DNA of 62,803 nt, the filler included, from Phoronis australis (Eukaryota > Animalia > Phoronida): assembly GCA_002633005.1 (NCBI GenBank). It is 5 parts of 5 records of this genome, joined end to end, with 100 filler letters (N's around TTAATTAATTAA, not from the genome) between each part and the next. Parts side by side here need not be neighbours in the genome. Positions count along the whole stretch, not along the records: positions 42,024 to 56,518 come from NMRA01000270.1; positions 56,619 to 59,517 come from NMRA01001818.1; positions 59,618 to 62,803 come from NMRA01003160.1; 2 more parts are not named here. The stretch is one strand, 5' to 3'. Both the position numbers and the translations under genes were made by a program. Positions 50,131 through 62,803 of the stretch are shown one piece after another. The number at the start of each line of letters is the position of its first letter. Position 1 is the stretch's first letter. The notes below the pieces were generated by a model. The model saw only the letters and a program-made list of their open reading frames with translations. It was not told the DNA's origin and did no database searches.

Positions 50131-50949
50131 CAGCTCATAGTGTAATATTAAAAGCGACAATAAACAGTTACGTGTCACTTTATTAAGCTGAATCACGTTG
50201 ACAACAATTGAAAAACGTCAAATGCATCAGGAAACAAATCATCTGAAAACAGTTTCACGAAACCAAAACATTCTGTGCACCGCTGCGAAAAGATAACAGG
50301 ACCAGTTCGCAGAGGGATCAGATGTACACTGAGAGTACACAAAAACTCTGGCCTGGTCCGTCACGAGAGCAAAAGTACACCTGTGCTTATTATCCCTATG
50401 AAAATAGTCGATTTGTCGCGGGAGCAAACGGTACAGACTGAGATAAATAGTTTTACAAAGCACACTTTGGTAAAAAAACATCACAAGACTAGTTCATCGA
50501 GGGACCAGAAGTACATTGAAACTCAATATCTACACAAATCAAGCTGGCCTGGTCCGTCGCGAGACCTAAACTGTACTTTGCAAAAACTTTGAATTGAAAA
50601 CTTCTCTCTAGACACTTTTTAATCCCCAGTGGTTGCTTATACGTTTATTTTACACATTAGGTGGTCAACTGCTGCGAGAGGTTGTCTAGGAAGGGTTTTC
50701 GCACCGTTCTGTAGTACTCACTGGAAGAAACAAGTATTGAGTACAGATTCAACTACGCACTACGTGAAATAGATTTTGGATATAAAGCAGATAGACTCAA
50801 GTGGAATTACAAACCAGAATCAGTTTCTGTGCGCTCGTAGACCCTTTGCTGTACTGGGTAAATTTGGCATGTCCAAAAATATCTATTTCGTTTTCATTGT
50901 ACACAAGCATAAAAACCGACATTATATACAAACTGTGTAGAATTATAAC

Positions 50950-51462
50950 TTATTACCTAGGTGTTTCTCCAGGAACGTTGGTCCTATCTTCTGTTGTCTT
51001 AACTGACGAGGAATCTGTATATCGGATCCAATGGTTTGCTCGTCTTGGAACCATTCCCAACACTTGCACTTCGTCAACTGCTATGTCAATGAGCTTGTAA
51101 GCCTCTACAATGCCAGCATCTCGTTTCGCAGCTCAGTTGGCACTAAGACCCCTGAGGTTGCCAAGTCCATTCAAAAGACTTACAGCATGCGCAACTAAAT
51201 TTGATCCGTTCATCATGGACTACTTCAAACCTTGACGATGTATCCCAGGACCTATTTGCATCTCTTGCAATTTTCGAAGTAAACGTCCCAATGTCGAGAA
51301 CGGTTGAAACCCGAAGTACTAACATCAAATAAATGCCCATAGGCATGCGCGTTTCGTCGGGTGGGCCTTTCTGCGGAAATTCCCAGTATAGAAAACGGCA
51401 GTGGTGCATATTGCAGGTAGAAAGACGGTAGGTGTTGAGGTCGGCACTAGGGCTCCTTAGGA
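50950..51462 (-). pseudogene. hAT transposase remnant (THAP12/P52rIPK-like clade)
   Basis: Fragments DETRM (cf. CxTRW), NRSWDTSS, LRGLSAN*AAKRDAGIVEAYKLID and DRTNVPGETP, with stops and frameshifts. Confidence 0.6.
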
Positions 51463-54300
51463 NNNNNNNNNNNNNNNNNNNNNNNNNNNNNNNNNNNNNN
51501 NNNNNNNNNNNNNNNNNNNNNNNNNNNNNNNNNNNNNNNNNNNNNNNNNNNNNNNNNNNNNNNNNNNNNNNNNNNNNNNNNNNNNNNNNNNNNNNNNNNN
51601 NNNNNNNNNNNNNNNNNNNNNNNNNNNNNNNNNNNNNNNNNNNNNNNNNNNNNNNNNNNNNNNNNNNNNNNNNNNNNNNNNNNNNNNNNNNNNNNNNNNN
51701 NNNNNNNNNNNNNNNNNNNNNNNNNNNNNNNNNNNNNNNNNNNNNNNNNNNNNNNNNNNNNNNNNNNNNNNNNNNNNNNNNNNNNNNNNNNNNNNNNNNN
51801 NNNNNNNNNNNNNNNNNNNNNNNNNNNNNNNNNNNNNNNNNNNNNNNNNNNNNNNNNNNNNNNNNNNNNNNNNNNNNNNNNNNNNNNNNNNNNNNNNNNN
51901 NNNNNNNNNNNNNNNNNNNNNNNNNNNNNNNNNNNNNNNNNNNNNNNNNNNNNNNNNNNNNNNNNNNNNNNNNNNNNNNNNNNNNNNNNNNNNNNNNNNN
52001 NNNNNNNNNNNNNNNNNNNNNNNNNNNNNNNNNNNNNNNNNNNNNNNNNNNNNNNNNNNNNNNNNNNNNNNNNNNNNNNNNNNNNNNNNNNNNNNNNNNN
52101 NNNNNNNNNNNNNNNNNNNNNNNNNNNNNNNNNNNNNNNNNNNNNNNNNNNNNNNNNNNNNNNNNNNNNNNNNNNNNNNNNNNNNNNNNNNNNNNNNNNN
52201 NNNNNNNNNNNNNNNNNNNNNNNNNNNNNNNNNNNNNNNNNNNNNNNNNNNNNNNNNNNNNNNNNNNNNNNNNNNNNNACCCCCCCCCCCCCCCGTAGAT
52301 CCGCCACTGAAAATCACTCTTCAAGAGAGAAATTGTGGATAACACATCATTTCGGTACGTAGAGCACGATGTGCACGTTACACTTGTTTTCGTGACTTTC
52401 ATGTCCAACCCCCACCACCCCCCCGCCCCCTTCATTGGTCAATACACTTTTCAAACCCGGCTGCCGTGGCCACTGTGTCATTTTATTTCCACTCGAGAAT
52501 GAAACAAGTATGTTTCGAAATGCTGTGTCTTTTAATCACGTCTCTTGGTCAGTTACTTCACCAATGTTCTGGGGAGTGTGGAACCTTAATCCGAGTATAC
52601 GCACGGAACGGAATAAAGACTGTTATGACTCCCAAGTGTCGTGTATTTAATAAATTTTGCAAATTGCATGTTGAACACTTTTTAAAAAAATTTTTCACAA
52701 ATTCATTACATTTAAAATGGTTTCAAGCTGAAATTATTAATGAGAATCAACATTTTAGGGACCATAATCCTGTCTGATAAATCCATTCACCATTTCAAAA
52801 TTGAGCTTTGAAACTGACTGTGGGTAAGAAGTTACGTAGACATAGGTGATGACATAATTGTATGGTGCTTATACCTCAATGGTTTACGCCCTTGGAGACA
52901 TTTTTTAGGCTGATATGAATATTTCATGTGATCTTAAATGAAACATTCGTATTTATGTACTATTTAAAGGCGATTTAGCTTTTATTGATAGCAATTTTTC
53001 AACTACGGTTTCTAGACTATACGAAGCGAACGAAACAAAAATTATTTTTTTCAGATTGAAGACAAAAGCCTGAAGTATAGGAAAAGTGTCTTTTATGTCA
53101 AATTTCGACTCACTTTTTGATGGGTCGGCCATCTAACTTTGACAGCGGCATAGTTTACAAATGTAAAAATGCTTAAAAATTCTTTACACAAATATTCCAA
53201 TAGTAAAATTTACTGACACATATCCTTGTCAACCATTCTGTACAGTCCAAAAATTTTTACCAGAATTTGCTGGTGCACATGTAATTTATTGAAAGGTTCA
53301 AGTGCTTAAACTTTACTGAGCATGGCGTTGACAACATGGCAACTCTTGCAGTTCTGAAAGGCATGTTCAACCTGTTACTTTGTCATCAGTGAGCATCTAC
53401 GTATGAAACGTTTGTAGAGACACTGCTACAAAAAGCAGTTTTGCCCAACCAATTGTGCTCCAAGTTTTAAACTCGTGGACCTGTACTTGAAAAAAACAGC
53501 AATAGTAGACTGAAAAACGGCAGTTTTACCGAAAAAAACGTACAAACAACAAATGACTAGCCTCATGGAATTCTGGGTGAACGTCCTTCCATTAACAGTT
53601 TAAGAGTTACCTATCAAAACACTGAGACAGACATTCTTTATCTTAAACACGTCATTTTATTTGATTGCAAGCTAAACAGGTTCAACACGAGATACAACAT
53701 CAACATACAATTTTCAGCATATCTCAAATTTTATTTACAACTCCAAACTTATTCAGTAACAGGATACAAGACTCGGAAACCACAGCAGAAGAATGAAATG
53801 CACATTTTCCACTAAGCAACAATTGAGCTGAGGGACATTTTGCAGGAATTTCTCAGTTGACCTGGACAATAGTCTAATTCTGGCAGCACCAATGTCAACT
53901 TCAAAGCACAAATAAACCAATGTTTTGTTACATGATATGACAAGCAAGCCATAAGGCAAAGGTGGCGAGTCATCTTCCTTTGTAACTAAACTTAGGAAGG
54001 ATACAGGCATGGTTTTTTGAGTTACTGATAGAAAAGACAGCCCATTTACAGACTGAAAATTCTGTGGTCTCTATTGTGAAAAAAATTACTGACAGCCATA
54101 TAACTGTTACAGAACAACAATTACACAATTTTTCTTTAACCTTTAGGAGACATAACTAATGTTAGGAAAGGAAACTGCCGATCATCTCCATGGGTATCTC
54201 AGTTGGTCAATCTCTCTAAGCGTCAATAGCCCTTAATTAACGGTTTTGAAACTTGCATCCAGCAGTACAACAAAATCACAATCACAAACATGCTGATGCN

Positions 54301-54690
54301 TCAAACCTTGACGATGTATCCCAGGACCTATTTGCATCTCTTGCAATTTTCGAAGTAAACGTCCCAATGTCGAGAACGGTTGAAACCCGAAGTACTAACA
54401 TCAAATAAATGCCCATAGGCATGCGCGTTTCGTCGGGTGGGCCTTTCTGCGGAAATTCCCAGTATAGAAAACGGCAGTGGTGCATATTGCAGGTAGAAAG
54501 ACGGTAGGTGTTGAGGTCGGCACTAGGGCTCCTTAGGATCAGGCCTATTGAACATCGCACCAGTCCCGCAAGACTTTGTTGTGAAAGTACAGCCTCCCCG
54601 CAACTTCCGGTACTGTACACTGTTCGCGAATGCGGTCACATTGTCAATGTGAGTGCCCCCTTGGTCAGTCCTCATAAAGACATAACTTTT
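54301..54690 (-). pseudogene. Second (probably haplotype) copy and upstream extension of the hAT transposase remnant
   Basis: 54301-54538 is identical to 51225-51462 and starts right after a single N. Confidence 0.55.
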
Positions 54691-55227
54691 TAGAGTGCAT
54701 CTTTAAACGGATTCGCGGCCAGACCACGGCGCCCGCTACAATAGCAATTCTTCGGAAAACGATTTTTTTCAAAAATATTACATGTACATGTACACTGTAT
54801 GATATTGCGCAAGACAACTTTACTATATACCAGTCAAATTAGAGTTACAAACTTGTGGAGTGTAATAGGATGACACGGCATGACAGATGAGGTAAAAACA
54901 TTGCACGTCAANGCAGTGCATCTTCAAACGGACTCGCGACCAGACCACGGCGACCGCCGCAATAGCAATTCTTCGGAAAACGATTTTTTCAAAAGTATTA
55001 CATGTACATGTACACTGTATGATATTGCGCAAGACAACTTTACTATATACCAGTCAAATTCGAGTTACAAACGTGTGGAGTGCAATAGGATGAGGTATAA
55101 ACGTTGCACGTCAATTCGCCTGAATATCAGGGTTGCGGCACCACCGCATTTCCCGTAATCAAATCAAAACATATCTTAGAGTAAAGAAGCTAGTTACCTA
55201 AAGAAATCAAGTATAGAGCTGCTCTTT

Positions 55228-55526
55228 CAGCGGTGGATCCATTTAAAATGCTTGGCTACTTCAGAAGTGTCGACGGAAGCGCGCGCAAAATTGGTCTCTG
55301 CGCGTTTTGCCGATGAGCCACGAAGACTCGAAATCCGTTGATTTTCATAACAGCAATTCACAATGCAAAAAAATATATTTTTCCTCAATTTTTTCCAAGT
55401 TGGTTTACTTGGGGTTTACACACGCTGGCGATGCCGTTGTTGTTTTACTGGAGACGTTTTTTTATTTTTGGGTCCTGTCCCAAGGGGGGGTTAAACCCCC
55501 TGAACCCCCCCGTAGATCCGCCACTG
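55228..55526. mobile_element. hAT-type MITE (CAGTGGCGGATC family)
   Basis: CAGCGGTGGATCCA ... TAGATCCGCCACTG. No clear TSD. Confidence 0.55.
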
Positions 55527-56729
55527 TACCCGGATACCCCCATTCAGACAACATACTGGAACGCTTAATGATTCACAAAATCGCGGAAAAGGTATTTTTT
55601 GCAAATAGAAGCACATAAAAGGGGTAATTTAAAATCATAATATCCTAGAAATGCAGAAATACTTTGGATTTCATATCACTGGAATTACATGATCCTCTAA
55701 TTGGAGTCTAAAAATACGGTATCGCTCATCTGGTCATCTGCATATTAATGAACTTTCGTGAAACCTGTGAAAGGAATCTTTTATTCTCGGAAATTCTTTG
55801 TTTTTTGTCTAAAAAGGTACAAGAACCTTAAAAAACTTTGTTTAAGGTACTATTTTACAAACATGGAACCATCATAAACGACACTCATTTTACGGAGTGG
55901 GATTGGGGGGGGGGGGGGGNAAGACTACGGAACGTAGCCCGGGACTGGAATAGGAACAATAGAAAATGTAATTGCGATCAGTAAATATTTGAACAGTGAT
56001 GAAAATCAGAGGGAAAAGTTAAAAAATCTGTAGCCGGATGAAATTCTTGTTCAATGAAGACAGTGTGGAAATTAGGGGGAAAACATTCATTAACATCGCT
56101 CATCAAAATACTAAATTCAAACAAATGAGAAGAACTAACTAACTAATTATTTGATGGAGCGTTCTCAAAACGTTTCGCGGGAACTGGAATTGGTACATGA
56201 ACATCAAAAGAACGATCGGATTTAGTTAATGACGTCATGTTGACAACAGACGTTTTTTCGGCGTCCTTTCAGAGATGTAAAAAACGGAAAGCAAAAGTTT
56301 TACTCAGTTACGAGAAGTTTCGACAAATTGACTTTGCTTCAGTTGGTTTGCGTATCTTTCTGGGTGTTCCAATTTTAAAAACCGAGATTTTTATTAATTT
56401 TTTTAAACGATGCCTTTCCGGTTCTGCGCAGCATGAATTTGGTAAAGAATAAACAGAAAAGTTCAAACTGGAGCAAATCAAGTTAATGGAATTGAATGTT
56501 GCCCTTGAATTTTATTCGNNNNNNNNNNNNNNNNNNNNNNNNNNNNNNNNNNNNNNNNNNNNTTAATTAATTAANNNNNNNNNNNNNNNNNNNNNNNNNN
56601 NNNNNNNNNNNNNNNNNNATATGATGTGGTAAACATTTAATGCTGTAGTGTAATACAATTCAATGCAATGTAATATGTATGGGAATAATGTAATGCAGTG
56701 TTGATACTATGTAATGTGATGTAACACAG

Positions 56730-56786
56730 GATGAGGAAAGTGATGACATGGATGGATGGGAAGAGGAAGAGATAGTGCTGGAGAGA
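56730..56786 (+). CDS. dlg1: Discs large exon preceding PDZ1
   Basis: cacag| DEESDDMDGWEEEEIVLER |GTAAGT, comparable to DLG1 YEYEEITLER. Confidence 0.75.
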
Positions 56787-56896
56787 GTAAGTACCAGCTT
56801 GTTGGAGGTAAAGGCGTTGGAGATTTTGAGAAATGAATTCAAAAATCTTGCCTGCCTGGTTAACACAAAATTAAGTTTTTAGAGCCAAGTAAGTAA

Positions 56897-57683
56897 GGGC
56901 TGTTCCAGTAAAATCTGTGTGGGAGGGGGGGGGACGGCAGTAGAAATATAAATTCATGGGCGGTGGTCTTCAGAAAAAAACTCAAATTATGGGTGGTCGT
57001 TCCTGTAAGAAGTGATGCATTAAAAATGGGTGGTATTTTTTGACCTCTTAATGTCAATAGGTTGGTTACTTCAGCTGTAAAAACTCAAAAAAAATGCAAT
57101 TGTCCTAACTTATCCAAATACAGAAAAGCCCATATTGCCAGTGAACAGAGTGCAATATGTTCACTAAGCCATTAATCAAGTCATGGGCAACTTGATTAGA
57201 GCCAACTGTTTGTCTGCAGTCCTATTGAATTGAAAAGTTATGCAACACTGAACTGGTGTTAACACATATAAGAAAATTGATGATTTTTAAATAAAAAGTA
57301 TGAGGAGTAAGATAAACAAGTTCCAATATTCACTTGACATAGAAGTATANAGATCCTTATAAATGAAAAAATGTTCATTGAAATTATAGACACATGGTGA
57401 ACAGAGACACCTGGTGGCTGCCAAAAGTATTGCTCACAGGCTACTTTAGTTTTTGACAATATTGGACAAGACAACTAGTTCTTGTCTGTCAGTCATCTAA
57501 GTTCTTAACAGGTCCTCCTGGAGGCAATTTGTTTGCAAGTGTTGGATTTTATATTTTAACCTATTAAGAATAATTAAAAAATTATGGGTCATGGGTTGGA
57601 GAAATAAATGAAAAATACGGGCGGTGGGTACGAAATAAAAGTGCCTTCCCCCCCCTCCCATACAGATTTTGCTGGAACAGCAA
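56897..57683. mobile_element. Intronic MITE with ~35-bp TIR and TAA TSD (Zator/Harbinger-like)
   Basis: TAA|GGGCTGTTCCAGTAAAATCTGTGTGGGAGGGG ... CCCCTCCCATACAGATTTTGCTGGAACAGCAA|TAA. Confidence 0.7.
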
Positions 57684-58147
57684 TAAGCGACAGTCTTTGT
57701 TTTTGGTGGCTTTTTTAAGACTCATTTTGTTGGTTCATTGAGTCACTCAGCGCTAGCTAGGTCAAACCAACATTGCCAAGTTTAAACTGGAATAAGTCGA
57801 GTTAACGGCAGTGATTCATTACGCTTAATCAATCATTGGATTACGATGGAATCCATGATGTAATCATTTGTAATTGAGAATGCTAACTTGCCATATGAAA
57901 AATGAAAACGCGGGATTCTACACTAAAACACGAACCAAAAGACCTGTTTTCAAAGTTGATACTAAATGAGACTTTATGGGCATAAATGGGGTTCTTAAGG
58001 TCGAGAATATTTTTGTTGCAGAAAAAATAGATTTTGTGTATAATTCTTTGCATAGAAGTTGTTAGATAGTCCTCTCGTGGCCTTTTCTTAAATACCCTTG
58101 AATGCACATGCAGTCAATCTTAAGCACCTTGATGTCTATGTCTACAG

Positions 58148-58272
58148 GGTGGTGCTGGCCTAGGGTTCAGCATTGCTGGCGGTACCGACAACCCGCACAT
58201 TGAGGATGACCCCAGCATATTTATCACCAAGATTATACCTGGAGGTGCTGCCGCTGTTGATGGGAGGCTGAG
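58148..58272 (+). CDS. dlg1: Discs large PDZ1 exon
   Basis: [42 protein letters not shown] is nearly identical to DLG1/PSD-95 PDZ1. ctacag| acceptor and |GTAACA donor. Confidence 0.96.
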
Positions 58273-59302
58273 GTAACAATGGACTGTGTGTTATGACATG
58301 TTTTGCAAAAAGTCTGAAAGTGTGTTTTTTGCATTAAAAGGTGAAAGAGATGAAGTTGAAGACTTTCTTTGAATAATATATTGAGTGAGTGGTTGCGTTT
58401 CACTGGAAAATGGACTGTAAGACTTGGCTTGAACCCTACAGAACCATTTTTGGATCATTTATTGAAAGTGAAACTCTTGAGATGACATGTCGAAATATGG
58501 AATATCACTCACACGCGCACACACACACACCCACCCACTTACCCACACACACACAATTGCACCATATCCCACCTATTAACTGTCCCAACTTTTATTTAAA
58601 GGTTAACATTACTTGTAATGAGTTGCAGACTCTATTTTCCACTGTAGTTGTAGTTATCCCTTTTTGAACTTTTATAATACTTAATCATACTTTGTGGCGA
58701 AATTACTTAGCATTGGGACTGGAGGAATTTTGTCTTTGACCAGGTAGTCGTACTTAAGTAAACCTGCATCTACAAATGTATGAAAAATGTTGTGTGTCTG
58801 TTAAGGAGATTCTTGTCAAAGCAAAATAGACAATTGTATGCGCTTTCACTTGTGTCAAAGTTTGTTGTCACGATTCTCTTTTGAACATCGCCGATTCTTT
58901 CCAATAGTTTCATCTTTAAATGTGTCATTTGTTATGTCCTTCGCTTATTCTGGTAATTTATAGTCCCAACCTTTCAAACTTTTTTATTTCGACTCATTTT
59001 GTTTTGACAAATTAACAAATGCACTGGTCACCTTTGTCAGTGGAACTCTTTACAATAACAGGACCACTTGTTTTCAGACTTAACCAGAAAGTGGTACAAA
59101 ACTGCCATCTTGAGGCATAACCTTGCATAAGGTCATGATGAGGCCTTGCAAACCTCAGGCAATTTCCCCCTGTGCTGTAACTGGGTAGCTCCATGACACC
59201 AGCTGATGTGAGACAAAAATCTCTTGCAAAAGGCCCATTACACACTCGTTTTCTTTTCACTTTGATTAACATTTTGAGAGACCGTTCGACACTCTGTTAT
59301 AG

Positions 59303-59472
59303 AATCAACGATATTATTGTGAGTGTGAACGGCGTGAATTGCATCAACGTCACCCACACGCAGTCCGTGGAGGCGCTAAAGAAGGCAGGCACCACCGTCC
59401 GTCTGCAAGTGAGGAGATCAAAGACACCGGGGGAAATTATTGAAGAAATTTTATTGGTTAAAGGCAGCAAAG
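59303..59472 (+). CDS. dlg1: Discs large PDZ1 end / PDZ2 start exon
   Basis: INDIIVSVNGVNCINVTHTQSVEALKKAGTTVRLQVRR...EEILLVKGSK. Phase is compatible with the previous exon. Confidence 0.95.
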
Positions 59473-59702
59473 GTATCGTGTTTGTTTAGTTATTAGTGTG
59501 TGATGAGAGGAGACATTNNNNNNNNNNNNNNNNNNNNNNNNNNNNNNNNNNNNNNNNNNNNTTAATTAATTAANNNNNNNNNNNNNNNNNNNNNNNNNNN
59601 NNNNNNNNNNNNNNNNNGTACAGTACAATGCGGTTTGTTGAACGTGCGATTATTGCGCGTGCTCATTTAAGTATTCTATTTTCACTCTTGATGATGTCAG
59701 TC

Positions 59703-59772
59703 GCTGCGTGGTGTAGTGGTAAAGTCGGCGACCAGCGATATTAGGGTCCCGGGTTCGACCCCGACCTCGGTT
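59703..59772 (+). ncRNA. tRNA-derived sequence (SINE head or tRNA pseudogene)
   Basis: A box TGGTGTAGTGG and B box GGTTCGACCCC at tRNA-like spacing. The acceptor and anticodon stems are imperfect. Confidence 0.55.
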
Positions 59773-60381
59773 TCCCGCCAAATTGTTATCTCACTAGTGA
59801 GATAACTTTATGGGTTATTACACGGTTGTATCTGCCATTTGAGGCTTATATTGTGGTATAAAAAATGGTTACGTAAATGATATCCAGTGTCCCGTAAGTG
59901 ATTTGTTCTATTTTCACTCAAATTCATTTCATTTTTAAGTAGTACTTAAATTATTATCTGTGACGATACATAACTTAATGCAGCTGACCTTGCAAAAATA
60001 ATAATGACATCTTTTATTTTATTTAATACCTATTAATTAGAGTTTGTCACTTTGGTCTGGTTGCAGAATGCCAAAATCCAAGTTTCAGGGGATGAAGGAA
60101 TAGTCTAGAGAGCCCGTAAAAAGGCACAACTCGGTCACGAATGGCTTAGAAGAGAAAGTGAACGAGTTACGGGTATTTCGTACCAGTGACAGAACTGACA
60201 GAAGTACAAAAAGTCGGAAGACAAGAAACCAACAGAGTGTTAGCTGAGACCAAAGAAGTCAATATATAANTGAACGAGTTACGGGTATTTTGTACCAGTG
60301 TCAGAACTGACAGAAGTACAAAAAGTCGGAAGACAAGAAACCAACAAAGTATTAGCTGAGACAAAAGAAGTCAGTATATAA

Positions 60382-60565
60382 GTGAAGCAAGGCAATTTTG
60401 TTTGTAAATATGAAGGTCGCCGATATCTCGGACAAGTCGTGGACACAGATGATGTCGACTTGCCTGTGGAGGTCAACTTCTTGCAGCCGTCCAGTAAAAT
60501 GAGTGGATTGTTTACGTGGCCGGCCGAAGGAAGCAAGATTTGGCTACGGAAAGATGACATCCTGA
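60382..60565 (+). pseudogene. Tudor/SH3-like C-terminal module typical of DNA transposases
   Basis: VKQGNFVCKYEGRRYLGQVVD...VEVNFLQP....LFTWPAEGSKIWLRKDDIL. No upstream catalytic region is visible. Confidence 0.45.
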
Positions 60566-62803
60566 ACCCCTCCTGGACCTCGCACCTACTGGGAAAGCTG
60601 CAGAGCGTACAAGGCGTCAGATGAATTGCTGGACTATCTTGATTTTTCCTAATGACGTTTAAAGCCCAGTTAAAATTGCCGTTAAACGGTTTTTAACCTT
60701 AGCAGTCTTTAGCCCAATTGTCAACGCTTAAGTTGTCATTTACGGGACGTGACATGTGACGTGTTATATGTCAGGCACAATTGTATAGCAAATGTTGTAA
60801 AAATGTTGAATGCAAACTTTTGGATTTACCCTACACGTACATGTGAGTTGTGTTACAAATGTCTCCACGTGCCTTCTTGCATCACAGACGGTTGAATTGT
60901 TATCTGTTGTCATTTTCATTGCGGAATTAGTTACATCAACTCATACAAGTGACAACAAATAGCCTTCAATACGTATACTATCCGTCATTATTTCATACCA
61001 GTTTTTCCTGAAGTGTAGGTGGTCAGAAATAATTTCCACCGACACAATATCACTTGCCCCTCACTTACGAGACATGTTGTGTCATTTACGAGACGCCTTT
61101 AAATTCACTTAAGGATTTTTTAGTCATCACATTACCGGATATTGGATACCAGTTTTTGAATGATCGATAGTCGCTAATGAAAATTAAGACAAGTGCAAAC
61201 ACCACGGCACCTGTTTTGATAAAACACATTTATAATCAAACGACGTGTTTTAAAAAAGTAAAAATTTAGTTCAAAAGTTAAATTTTTATATGTCCACGAA
61301 AAATACACAAGAAAGTAGAAAATACTAAGAGCTGTTTTTCTCGATTTTAACAAGCATGCTGATTAATAAAATTGCCCAATGAGATTGTTCGTTGTCAATG
61401 ATAACAAACTAGACCGAAAATTAACCCAACGAACGCGTTTTTATGTTTTCAAATAAATTATCCAGTTGCTCTAATAAAACAAAACGTTAAACTAAGAAAA
61501 AATAATACGTTAGCTCCAGATGAAGATACTTGAAAATCGAGTGTCTCAGGTGTCGAATTGTCGCGATTCATTGAGAATGGCTCAATTAATCTCATTGGAA
61601 AGAACATACTTAAAGACCCCAAATAACTGACAAATGACTTTTGAGCATGACAAACCCTTATGGTTGTCAACATGAAGCAAAAGACATGACACAACATCGA
61701 GGGAAGTCTGGAGACAGGTCAGACATATTTTCCCCGGACGTTTTAGGATGATTACTTCAATCTGACATGGTGGAATGCTGGACAGAGCGGGTAGGGAGGG
61801 AGGGGGGTAGGGATGGAGGGAGGGAGGGTGACGTTTATTTGAGAGGTCAAAATATTTCAGAACATTAAGTCGATAGGAGATTCTTGGAATTTTCTTAAGA
61901 ACCACTAAAAGCCAGAAACCACCTCACAATGAATAAAGTACCGGATCACATTGTGCCCCGCGGTACTGAACTATCGTGCACACCAAGAAGTTAAAGATAA
62001 GAAACTCAAAATAATCAGTAGGTCTACTTACAAGATGCATCTAGTATCCTCAAAAATGTGCATGTATCTATCTAAGATATAAATGTATACAGGCACAGAA
62101 AATAGGCCTAACTACCTACCGGTCGTACAAGAAAATAGAGGATAAGTTNCGCGGTACTGAACTATCGTGCACACCAAGAAGTTAAAGATAAGAAACTCAA
62201 AATAATCAGTAGGTCTACTTACAAGATGCATCTAGTATCCTCAAAAATGTGCATGTATCTATCTAAGATATAAATGTATACAGGCACAGAAAATAGGCCT
62301 AACTACCTACCGGTCGTACAAGAAAATAGAGGATAAGTTGTTGGTTCAGTACCGAAAAAATGGAACAAAAGAAGGAACGAAATTAGAAACCTAATCGTGT
62401 TCGGCATAACATGGCAAGCAAAGCTCAATTAATTTATGTATTTTGCACTGCACAGATGAGCATAACAACGATTAAGAAGTGAAAAGTATAATATATCTCC
62501 GAAAAAAAATTCAACGATTCTGGAAGGCACAAATTCTGCAGTTAGTATTAAACAATATCCCGAATAGTTTTGAAACATGTGAATTTTGGCAGCTCATGTT
62601 GATACGGTGTGTATGGAAGGAGTAAATGTCTTTTGATTTATGTTTAGTGGAAAAGCATGACAATTAATAACTGTTGGTTTTAGTCAGCGGTATCGGTAAC
62701 GAATTGAGCGGTGGAAGTGCCAACACAAAAATCGCTATACGCCTCTGCCGCTGTGATAAATCAAGACTGGCAGTCAGGGGCGGATCCAGGATTTTGAGTT
62801 GGG

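Larger units (their letters stand above)
49356..52660. repeat. Dispersed ~190-bp repeat: 49356-49545 (minus), 52472-52660 (plus), partial copy 49661-49731 (plus)
   Basis: Shared blocks such as AAGTATGTTTCGAAAT, GTCTCTTGGTCAGTT.CTTCACCAATGTTCTG and GAACGGAATAAAGACTGTTA. Confidence 0.75.

Noticed and set aside
42630-59472. Linkage of the Grindelwald-like receptor with dlg (polarity/JNK module)
   Set aside because: Separated by an artificial contig linker at 56519-56618, so adjacency carries no information.
59703-59772. Functional tRNA gene
   Set aside because: A and B boxes are present but the acceptor and anticodon stems do not pair; treated as tRNA-derived.

Overview
AT-rich, intron-containing animal DNA (probably a marine invertebrate) from a draft assembly. 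Four 100-nt N gaps carrying a TTAATTAATTAA linker (21246-21345, 41924-42023, 56519-56618, 59518-59617) split it into five pieces whose adjacency cannot be trusted, and many single-N joins flank duplicated haplotype overlaps. Host genes: the first two coding exons of a beta-1,4-galactosyl/GalNAc-transferase (GT7) gene (minus), two FN3 exons of a receptor-like gene (plus), a complete 4-exon, 274-aa single-CRD TNF-receptor gene resembling Grindelwald (plus), and three exons of discs large around PDZ1 (plus). Most of the rest is transposon debris: hAT, Tc1/mariner, Kolobok-like and other MITEs, Helentron-type (HINE) elements, and CR1/L2 LINE and Gypsy remnants. The standout is a decayed minus-strand gene at about 27.6-32.0 kb. 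It reconstructs as a RAG1/Transib-like DDE transposase followed by an IQ motif, a BRCT domain and an HMG box, with two possible degenerate PHD fingers upstream. All family assignments are by eye from motifs; no searches were run.
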